In this document: piece by piece, positions 9,903 to 17,418 of the stretch | How the letters are laid out: each line of letters begins with the position of its first letter | Numbering within the stretch: the stretch's first letter is position 1 | Origin: an uncultured Porphyromonadaceae bacterium | GTDB taxonomy: Bacteria > Bacteroidota > Bacteroidia > Bacteroidales > Muribaculaceae | Direction of reading: 5' to 3' | DNA: 64,000 nt | Assembly (NCBI GenBank): GCA_947177035.1 | Contig: CAMWSS010000009.1 | Location: 1,566-65,565 of the forward strand | The notes under the pieces: generated by a model | Database searches by the model: none | The model's input: the letters and a program-made list of their open reading frames with translations, nothing else | Told to the model about the DNA's origin: nothing | Position numbers and translations under genes: made by a program

Positions 9903-10547
9903 TTATCTGCTTCCGTTCTGTCGACTCTGACGCATGGCCCTCAGCTCGTCGGCATAACTGCGGCGGAACTGCTCGGCATTAAATTCCACGTTCTGACGTT
10001 CGTCGTCAGACAACACAGTGGCGCCGATCACCTTCTCGACCTCTTCGGAGGGAACGCTGATGCAGACAGCACACTCATAAGTGCCGTCGCCAAGCCGATA
10101 ACGCTTGGAGCAAATGATGCGACAATTCTCGAGAGTCTGCTCAGCCATGGAGCCTACATCCTGCTTGATATCTGACTCCGAGGCTGTGCGACCGTTTGAT
10201 TTGACCTTGGCCCTGTAGCCTTTCATCACACTCAGAGTCAGCGACTCGATCTGGGAAGCCATCTCGGCTTTGGCAAAAAGCACGGCCTGCTGGCGGGCAA
10301 AGTCTCTGTCTTCGTCGACTGCCGACGCATAGGCACGCAATTCCGAGGCCGGAGCGTCGATGGCCATTTGCTCGCATTCATCGATCTGCTCTTCAACCTT
10401 TGTCACCATACGGGTGCCGGTGTTGCCGGCTCCGGTGTAATCGGGATAAGAAGCCACAGGGACTTTACGTGAAGAACCGCATGACGATAAAGCCGCTACC
10501 AACAAACCGAAAGCGCCGACAATCGTGATAATAGAAACTGATTTCAT
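9903..10547 (-). CDS. LPP20-like lipoprotein (214 aa)
   Basis: I place the start at ATG 10547, giving MKSVSIITIVGAFGLLVAALSSCGSS (lipobox). The track ORF start at 10610 lies inside the promoter/operator region. Confidence 0.6.
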   Translation of the reverse strand: MKSVSIITIVGAFGLLVAALSSCGSSRKVPVASYPDYTGAGNTGTRMVTKVEEQIDECEQMAIDAPASELRAYASAVDEDRDFARQQAVLFAKAEMASQIESLTLSVMKGYRAKVKSNGRTASESDIKQDVGSMAEQTLENCRIICSKRYRLGDGTYECAVCISVPSEEVEKVIGATVLSDDERQNVEFNAEQFRRSYADELRAMRQSRQNGSR

Positions 10548-10610
10548 AAAAACAAAAATGTGGTGCATTAAATAAATTTTGTGTATGTTATTGTGGTGTG
10601 GTGTGTTCAT

Positions 10611-10629
10611 AATCTCTTGGCAAGAGATT
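10611..10629. promoter_or_regulatory. Perfect 19-nt palindrome AATCTCTTG-G-CAAGAGATT (candidate operator or 5'-UTR hairpin)
   Basis: 9-nt arms around one central base. It lies just downstream of the minus-strand -7 box at 10641..10648. Confidence 0.5.
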
Positions 10630-10640
10630 TATGTTTGGCG

Positions 10641-10648
10641 CAAAGTTA
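10641..10648 (-). promoter_or_regulatory. -7 promoter box (TAACTTTG on the minus strand) for the envelope operon
   Basis: Exact TAnnTTTG match about 94 nt upstream of ATG 10547. Confidence 0.5.
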
Positions 10649-10770
10649 TGAAAAAAACGGCAATATTTTAAATTTTGACGAAAAAATCGCACGATAACCG
10701 TGTGTTTTTGTCGTTTTTGTCGATGTGTCAATGTGCTTTTTTCTGATTGCCAATAATATCCGTGCAGAGT

Positions 10771-10791
10771 TTCTCTCTTGCCAAGAGAGAA
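10771..10791. promoter_or_regulatory. Perfect 21-nt palindrome TTCTCTCTTG-C-CAAGAGAGAA (second copy of the same core)
   Basis: 10-nt arms. It shares the core TCTCTTG-S-CAAGAGA with 10611..10629. The centres are 161 bp apart. Confidence 0.5.
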
Positions 10792-10985
10792 TGCATTGAT
10801 TTGGTTATCATGCCGTCAAGCATCTCTACTCTGTGCATTGACAACATCCGGCTGGCGCCACTGCCCGAATGTGGGCCACAGCACACACAGCAATTGCCGG
10901 CAGAACTCATCACGATTTGGCGGTGTGGGGAATTTTAAGTAATTTAGCGCCGCAAACCAACACGAAAACGAAAACACCCATTACC

Positions 10986-12071
10986 ATGGATAATCTTCAT
11001 CGATATTGCGTTATTATGTGTGGCGGCGTCGGATCCCGCTTCTGGCCTTCAAGCCGCGCCTATCGCCCAAAGCAATTCATCGACTTTTTCGGCACCGGTC
11101 ACTCGCTGCTGCAAATGACCTATGAACGTATGCTCGCGTTTGTGCCGTCAGACCATATATTCCTGGTCACCAACGCAGACTATGCCGACATCATACATGA
11201 ACAGTTGCCTGACGTCGCTGACGACCGGCTGCTGCTCGAGCCTGCACGACGCAACACCGCGCCATGCATAGCATGGGCCGCACACCACATCAAAGCCATC
11301 GACCCCGAGGCTTCGATGATCGTGACCCCCGCCGACCACATGATCACCCGCGAAGCTGAATTCCAGCGCGCACTGAACGCCGCCTTCGATTATGTGGAGC
11401 GTAACGAAGTGCTGCTCACCCTCGGCATAGCCCCTCACTGCCCGGAAACCGGCTATGGCTACATCCAGATGGGACCCCACATCGTCAACGACTTCCACCA
11501 GGTAAAAACCTTTACTGAGAAGCCAAATGCGGAACTGGCCAACGTGTTCTTGCAAACGGGCGAATTTCTCTGGAACTCAGGCATTTTTCTCTGGACTGCC
11601 GATGCCCTGCTGAAAGCTCTGGCACAACACGTGCCCGATATTGCCCAGCGCTTTGACTCCGGCGTCGGACTGTATGGCACCGAGGCCGAAACAGAATTCA
11701 TCAACCGCGAGTTCGCGGCATGTCCGGGAGTGTCGATCGATTGCGCGCTCATGGAAAAGGCCCGCAACGTGGTGGTGGAGCGCGTCGGGTTCGGATGGAG
11801 CGACCTCGGCACATGGGGTTCGCTGCGCGACAATTCCCCTCGGAGCAGCGACGGCAACGTGAACCACGGATGCCATCTGCTGACCTACGACACCACCGGC
11901 ACGATATTCAAAGTGGCCGACAGCAACAAACTTGTGGTCGTGGACGGCCTGAAAGACTATGTGGTGGCCGATGCCGGCGATGTGTTGCTGATATGCCCGC
12001 TGGCCAATGAACAACTCATAAAACAATATGTCAACGACGTCAAGCAGCGGCTTGGCAACAAATACATCTGA
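10986..12071 (+). CDS. manC: Mannose-1-phosphate guanylyltransferase (GDP-mannose pyrophosphorylase, no isomerase domain)
   Basis: MDNLHRYCVIMCGGVGSRFWPSSR (the nucleotidyltransferase G-loop) and the overall ManC-like length. The start is taken at ATG 10986. Confidence 0.85.
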   Translation: MDNLHRYCVIMCGGVGSRFWPSSRAYRPKQFIDFFGTGHSLLQMTYERMLAFVPSDHIFLVTNADYADIIHEQLPDVADDRLLLEPARRNTAPCIAWAAHHIKAIDPEASMIVTPADHMITREAEFQRALNAAFDYVERNEVLLTLGIAPHCPETGYGYIQMGPHIVNDFHQVKTFTEKPNAELANVFLQTGEFLWNSGIFLWTADALLKALAQHVPDIAQRFDSGVGLYGTEAETEFINREFAACPGVSIDCALMEKARNVVVERVGFGWSDLGTWGSLRDNSPRSSDGNVNHGCHLLTYDTTGTIFKVADSNKLVVVDGLKDYVVADAGDVLLICPLANEQLIKQYVNDVKQRLGNKYI

Positions 12072-14587
12072 TGAAGAGACTTCTGAAACGTCCCTCCGTG
12101 TGGGGAACAATTGTATCTCTGGCGATAATCGCCATCGTGGCGTTCGCCTATTTTTATCCCGACGCATCGGCCGGACGCGTGCTGAACCAGCCCGATATGC
12201 TCCAGGGAATGGCCATCGGCCAGGAAACGAAAGCTTATGCCGAAGCAACAGGCCACACTTCCTACTGGACCAACTCGCTGTTCGGCGGCATGCCGACGTT
12301 CCAGATCTCTCCATCCTACCCCTCCACCCGACTGTTCAGCTGGATCACAACGGTCTATGGCCTTGGACTGCCGGCGCCGTCCAACCTGCTGGCAATGATG
12401 ATGATCGGCATGTTCATATTGCTGTCGGCAATGCGATGCCGCTGGCCTTTGGCTCTGCTCGGATCTGTGGCATGGGCATTCTCGTCATATTTCATCATCA
12501 TCATCGGCGCAGGCCACATATGGAAATTCGTGGCCCTGGCATACGTGCCGCCGACAATAGCGGGCCTGGTGCTGATCTATCGCGGCAGGCTGCTGCTCGG
12601 AGCCGGAACCGCATCACTGGCCATGATGATGCAGATCGCCAGCAACCACGTGCAGATGAGCTATTATTTCGCATGGGTCATGGCCGGATTCGTGATCGCA
12701 TATGGCATAGAAGCCTGGCAATCACGACAGATGAGAAAATGGGCGGTCGGCACCGCAGTGCTCGCCGGCTCCATGATGCTGGCCGCGGGAGCGAACCTGC
12801 CGAATCTCTACAACACCTATGAATATTCCAAGCAGACCATCCGCGGACGCCACTCCGAACTGACTCCGCTCCATCCCGCGGCAGCCGGCGACGCCTCCTC
12901 GGGACTCGACCGCTCATATATCACACAATATTCCTATGAGCCGGCCGAAACATTCACCCTTCTGATTCCCAACGTGAAGGGCGGAACGTCGTCGGCATCG
13001 CTGGCATCTACCGACGCCGGCAAAGAGCTGATGCGCGCTGACCGCAGCGGACAAATGACTCTGTTGCAGATCTTTTCGCAATATTTCGGCGGAGAGGAGG
13101 GCACCTCCGGACCCGTGTATGCCGGAGCCATCATCGTCGCGCTGTTTCTGTTCGGCGCCATAGTCGTGCGCGGACCGCTGAAGTGGGCGCTGCTGATTCT
13201 GACCGTGCTCTCGGTCTTCCTGTCATGGGGTCGCCACATGATGTGGTTCACCGACCTGTTTATCGACTGGGTGCCTATGTATAACCGCTTCCGCACGGTG
13301 GAGAGCATCCTGGTCATCGCCGAATTCACGCTGCCGCTGCTTGCCGTGCTCGGCCTGCGCGAACTTTTTGCCGCCACAACGGCCGACAAACGCAAAGCGA
13401 TGCTCAGGCCGCTGGCATGGAGCTTCGGCATCTGCCTGGCTTTCTGCCTGCTGGCGGTGATCTGGCCCGGACTCTATGGCCAGGCCGTCATGGGCAAGGG
13501 AGATCTGCGCATGATCAGCCTCTACACCGAAGCCGGCGCACTGCCGGCCGGCTTCTCGCTCACCCAGCTGCCTGAAGTGGCCAATGCGGTTGAAAGCATC
13601 AGGCTGCAGATGGTCAGCGCCGACGCCCTGCGCTCGATGCTCTTCATCGGCATCGCGATGATAACGCTTCTGGCGTTCATCAAAAACAAAATCAGCGCGG
13701 CTGTGACAGTGGCCATTGTCGGAATAGCCGCCATGACCGACCTCTATGGCGCCGACAAGCGATATATCAACTCGGAATCATTTTCTGAACCGCGGCAGGC
13801 CGGCACATTCACCCCCAGCGCAGCCGACAGGGCCATTCTTGCCGACACCGATCCGCACTACCGCGTGCTCGATGTGGCCCAGTTCAGCGCGGCGGCGCCC
13901 TCGTTCTTCCACAAGAGCATCGGCGGATATCATGCCGCCAAACTCACCCGCTATCAGGACCTGATCGAACGCCAGATCATTCCGGGACTCCAGTCCGGAA
14001 ATCTCAACGCGATCAACATGCTCAACGCTAAGTATATAATCACCGACCCCAACGCAGCTCCGGTGCTCAATGACAGCGCCCTCGGCAACGCATGGTTTGT
14101 CGGCAACGTCAGCTATGTGGATTCGGCCGACGACGAAATGGCCGCGCTCGACGTGATCGACCCGGCAACAGAAGCGGTTGCGGCCCGGGAGTTCGCCGAC
14201 GTGTTAGGCGCCGCAACTCCGGCAGATTCCACCGATGTGATCACCCTGACGGACTATGCTCCCGACCGGCTGACATATCGCTCACGCAGCGCGTCAGGCG
14301 GCGTGGCCGTGTTCTCCGAAGTCTACTTCCCCTGGGGCTGGAAAGCCACTGTCGACGGCGAGGAAACGCCTGTTGCCCGCGTGAATTACGTGCTGCGCGC
14401 AATGCGCCTGCCTGCCGGCGAACATGAAGTGGTGATGACCTTTGATCCGCGCTCCATCCACGTGACCGATACCGTGGCAACCGCCTCGGCCGGCCTCATC
14501 TATCTGATCATGATCTCGGGCATCGCCGGCGCCATGATCTGCTATCGCCGGCGCGGCTGCAAGCTGACGGAGGAGGAAAAGTGCTGA
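12071..14587 (+). CDS. YfhO-family polytopic membrane protein (GT-C-like glycosyltransferase)
   Basis: 838 aa, with many N-terminal TM helices, a large C-terminal extracytoplasmic domain and a terminal TM. The ATG overlaps the manC stop (TGATG). Confidence 0.6.
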   Translation: MKRLLKRPSVWGTIVSLAIIAIVAFAYFYPDASAGRVLNQPDMLQGMAIGQETKAYAEATGHTSYWTNSLFGGMPTFQISPSYPSTRLFSWITTVYGLGLPAPSNLLAMMMIGMFILLSAMRCRWPLALLGSVAWAFSSYFIIIIGAGHIWKFVALAYVPPTIAGLVLIYRGRLLLGAGTASLAMMMQIASNHVQMSYYFAWVMAGFVIAYGIEAWQSRQMRKWAVGTAVLAGSMMLAAGANLPNLYNTYEYSKQTIRGRHSELTPLHPAAAGDASSGLDRSYITQYSYEPAETFTLLIPNVKGGTSSASLASTDAGKELMRADRSGQMTLLQIFSQYFGGEEGTSGPVYAGAIIVALFLFGAIVVRGPLKWALLILTVLSVFLSWGRHMMWFTDLFIDWVPMYNRFRTVESILVIAEFTLPLLAVLGLRELFAATTADKRKAMLRPLAWSFGICLAFCLLAVIWPGLYGQAVMGKGDLRMISLYTEAGALPAGFSLTQLPEVANAVESIRLQMVSADALRSMLFIGIAMITLLAFIKNKISAAVTVAIVGIAAMTDLYGADKRYINSESFSEPRQAGTFTPSAADRAILADTDPHYRVLDVAQFSAAAPSFFHKSIGGYHAAKLTRYQDLIERQIIPGLQSGNLNAINMLNAKYIITDPNAAPVLNDSALGNAWFVGNVSYVDSADDEMAALDVIDPATEAVAAREFADVLGAATPADSTDVITLTDYAPDRLTYRSRSASGGVAVFSEVYFPWGWKATVDGEETPVARVNYVLRAMRLPAGEHEVVMTFDPRSIHVTDTVATASAGLIYLIMISGIAGAMICYRRRGCKLTEEEKC

Positions 14588-15099
14588 TCCCGACTCGGAT
14601 TCTCACAGCGCGTCTGCGGCGATGGCGCACCGGACTCGGCTTCGGCGTGCACTCTCCATTTGCATATTACTTCATCACGCGGGTGCTGCGCGAGCGGTTG
14701 CCATATTATGATTTTGAGAGACTTCCCGAAATCAGCGGCCGGCAGATCCGCATCCGCAACGCCAGGATGATCTATCGGCTATCGGCCTTTTTCAGACCTG
14801 ACACCGTCTATGTAGCGGGCGAACACTCCGAAGCGGCGCTCGCGATCGTGACGCTGGCCCATCCGTCGGCCAGAGCGGTCTCAACGCCCGAAACTGCGCA
14901 GATGGCCATATATGCCGGCAGCGACACCACTCCCGCCGCAGCAGCCAGGGAGGTGACGGTGATTCTCAGCGCAGACTCCGACGCAATCAGCGGCTTCAGG
15001 ACTTCGCTATCAGAAGGGATGACGTTCTTTAATTCAAAAACAGCCGTGGCGGTGATCCGCCACGGCCTGCCTCGACAAGATTTCTGTCTTAAATTCTAA
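14581..15099 (+). CDS. Hypothetical protein (172 aa) resembling a shortened class-I SAM-methyltransferase-like family (GVHSPFAY motif)
   Basis: GTG start overlaps the yfhO end by 7 nt. GFGVHSPFAYYFITRVL recalls N-termini of a Bacteroidota methyltransferase-like family. I see no glycine-rich SAM motif. Confidence 0.45.
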   Translation: MLIPTRILTARLRRWRTGLGFGVHSPFAYYFITRVLRERLPYYDFERLPEISGRQIRIRNARMIYRLSAFFRPDTVYVAGEHSEAALAIVTLAHPSARAVSTPETAQMAIYAGSDTTPAAAAREVTVILSADSDAISGFRTSLSEGMTFFNSKTAVAVIRHGLPRQDFCLKF

Positions 15100-16404
15100 T
15101 CACTCGGCTGAATATCCGAGCGAAGTTATGGCGTCGACCACCGTCTGGCGGTCGGCGTCGCCCTCCACGGTGACAATGCCCGACTGGAGATCGACGTTCA
15201 CGCTCTCCACTCCGGAAAGCGCCGCCACAGCCTTCTCCACGTTGGCGCGGCAGTGATTGCACATCATGCCTGAAACTTTGATTTTCATTACTGTATCGTT
15301 TATTATTGGTTGCTGACTGGAGGAATCGGAATGCCCGTGGGAGTGATGGCCTATGTGGCGGCGGAAAAGACCTGCGGCCAGCAACACACACATGATGATG
15401 CCGCTAACGGTTTCCACCCACGGAGTTTCCGGCGCGGCATGGACCGTGCATCCGGCGTGAGCGCCAGCCGCGACGGGAGCGACGGCAAACCATGATGCCG
15501 GAAGCAGATAGTCTATGGCCAGGCCGAAGGCAATGGCGCCGGCAATGATCGATCCGACATAGACCGCCGTGACGCGGCGGCCAAGCACGCGGCTCACCAT
15601 CAGAATCGAAGCGATATTCGTGGCGGGGCCGGCCATGAGCATTACCAGAGCGGCACCCGGCGTCAGCCCTTTCATCACAAGCGCCATGGCAATCGGTATG
15701 GAACCGGTGGCACAGAGATACATGGGCACCGAAACAAGCAGCACCAGAAGCATGCCGAGCAGAGGCATCGACGAGAAACGGGCAAAAAAGTCGTCGGGCA
15801 CGGCCATGGTGATAACCGTGGCTATCACAAGCCCGAGGAGCAGCCACAGGCCCAGATCCTGAAGCATTTCGCCGAATCCATAGCTCAGCATGGTCCGGCA
15901 ACGCTGCCAGAAGGAGCGCTTTGCCGACGGAGTCTGTTCGGTCACGCCGCAACAGCCCCCATCACACGACTCAGCCGCAACGTCGGCCGGCAATGACCGG
16001 CCCGACGAGCGATCGGCCGCGACACCACCGAAAATGGCGGTGATCAGAGCCGCGACAGGTCTCACCACTGCAAAGGGAAGCCCCATCATGGAATATGTGG
16101 CGGCGATCGAGTCCACTCCGGTCTGCGGGGTGGCGATCAGAAAGGAAACGGTGGCGCCTTTCGAGGCTCCTTCGCGGCGCAGAGCCATGGCCGTCGGAAT
16201 CACGCCACACGAACACAGCGGCAGCGGCACGCCAAACATCGCGGCCTTGGCCACCGACCAGAAGCCAGGGCGGCCAAGATGGCGGTTATAGAACGAAGCC
16301 GGCAAGAAAGCATGAAGCATTCCGGCAAACAAAAACCCGAGAAGCAGGTAGGGGGCCATTTCACAGAGCATGGCCCAGAAAGTGGCTAAGAATTCTGTTA
16401 TCAT
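15100..16404 (-). CDS. SO_0444-type metal (Cu/Zn) permease fused to a C-terminal heavy-metal-associated (HMA) domain
   Basis: Polytopic permease with PLPLCSCGVIP and a Cys-rich loop SCDGGCCG. The C-terminal MKIKVSGMMCNHCRANVEKAV is an HMA CxxC fold. Confidence 0.75.
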   Translation of the reverse strand: MITEFLATFWAMLCEMAPYLLLGFLFAGMLHAFLPASFYNRHLGRPGFWSVAKAAMFGVPLPLCSCGVIPTAMALRREGASKGATVSFLIATPQTGVDSIAATYSMMGLPFAVVRPVAALITAIFGGVAADRSSGRSLPADVAAESCDGGCCGVTEQTPSAKRSFWQRCRTMLSYGFGEMLQDLGLWLLLGLVIATVITMAVPDDFFARFSSMPLLGMLLVLLVSVPMYLCATGSIPIAMALVMKGLTPGAALVMLMAGPATNIASILMVSRVLGRRVTAVYVGSIIAGAIAFGLAIDYLLPASWFAVAPVAAGAHAGCTVHAAPETPWVETVSGIIMCVLLAAGLFRRHIGHHSHGHSDSSSQQPIINDTVMKIKVSGMMCNHCRANVEKAVAALSGVESVNVDLQSGIVTVEGDADRQTVVDAITSLGYSAE

Positions 16405-16457
16405 ACTGCAAAATTAGCCACAGAAAGATGCAACCGCGTTGCGTTTATCGCGAAGTG

Positions 16458-17111
16458 TCAGAAAAGATAGGCCACGCGGAACTGCCAGCCCGAGCATGTG
16501 GCCGAGAAATCCTTGAGCAGGCGCGTCTTCAGCACATAGGTCATGCCCCACGTGTAGCCGAAGCTGACCTGATAGTGCTTGAAAAGCTCCAGACCGCCGC
16601 CGACCGTCAGCCCGAGATCGCCGCCGGAAAACGCAAACGCCTTGCGGTCGCCGGCCTTTACCGGCGAATGGCCGAGCTGGATGTTGAAGTCGGGACCGCC
16701 ATACACAAACGGCGCGAGAATCTCTTCAAAACCGTTCATGCGCGTCCACTTGAAGCGCAGATGAACCGGAATCTGCAGATTGTGGATCAAGGTCTTCTCG
16801 TTGCCGAAGCCGGCGATGCCGAGTTCCGGACATCCTGCCCATATGGGACGCTGGCCAAGATTGACGCTGGCGCCATTCATATAATACAGCAAACCGAAAT
16901 CAATGCCGATACCTATGCCCGGAAACATCATCTCGGCCTGCAGACCGGCATGACCCCCAAACTGTTTTGTCACGTCGACAAGATCCTGTTTGAAATGAAA
17001 GTTGGTCACATTGCCGCCGATCAGCGGACCATAACGGAACTGGGCACTGGCTGTCATGGCGGCGCATACCAACGCCACAGCCAAAAATATCGAACGAAGC
17101 AGATTCTTCAT
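16458..17111 (-). CDS. Small outer-membrane beta-barrel (porin-family/OmpW-like) protein
   Basis: Signal peptide ending ASAQ, alternating beta-strand pattern, and C-terminal ...FRVAYLF. It lies 53 nt upstream of the permease gene. Confidence 0.65.
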   Translation of the reverse strand: MKNLLRSIFLAVALVCAAMTASAQFRYGPLIGGNVTNFHFKQDLVDVTKQFGGHAGLQAEMMFPGIGIGIDFGLLYYMNGASVNLGQRPIWAGCPELGIAGFGNEKTLIHNLQIPVHLRFKWTRMNGFEEILAPFVYGGPDFNIQLGHSPVKAGDRKAFAFSGGDLGLTVGGGLELFKHYQVSFGYTWGMTYVLKTRLLKDFSATCSGWQFRVAYLF

Positions 17112-17138
17112 TTAATTATCATTTGGGTTATTATCGTG

Positions 17139-17146
17139 CAAAATTA
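17139..17146 (-). promoter_or_regulatory. -7 promoter box (TAATTTTG on the minus strand) for the OMP-permease operon
   Basis: Exact TAnnTTTG match 27 nt upstream of ATG 17111. Confidence 0.5.
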
Positions 17147-17271
17147 AGCAAACTTATTTAAATGACAAAATCAATCTTTTACACTCCTCCGGCCAAACAG
17201 CCAATCTAACAAAATGAAACACATTTTAGCTTTTTTTCATCAATTTGCTTGCCACTTCCAAAAAATATGCC

Positions 17272-17279
17272 TAAATTTG
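17272..17279 (+). promoter_or_regulatory. -7 promoter box (TAAATTTG)
   Basis: Exact match about 140 nt upstream of ATG 17419. Confidence 0.5.
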
Positions 17280-17322
17280 CAGCCGGAGCCATCACTCGGA
17301 ATTTACGGTCAGACATACTTTT

Positions 17323-17365
17323 CATCACACACTCTCTCCGCCTTCCAGGCGGCGCGGGGGTGATG
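17323..17365 (+). other. Predicted 5'-UTR hairpin
   Basis: CATCAC...CCGCC-TTCCA-GGCGG...GTGATG. The outer 6 bp and inner 5 bp pair, with a pyrimidine/G-rich interior. Confidence 0.3.
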
Positions 17366-17418
17366 TTTATGGCTTGTCTCGAAACTTCAAACGAAACTAT
17401 TATATCACTTATTAGCCT

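Noticed and set aside
10728-10938. Two overlapping ~60-aa ORFs (10728..10913 minus strand, 10747..10938 plus strand) in the 438-bp intergenic region.
   Set aside because: They have no promoter or start context, no hydrophobic or conserved pattern, and they overlap each other. The region is better explained as a divergent regulatory region containing the palindromes.
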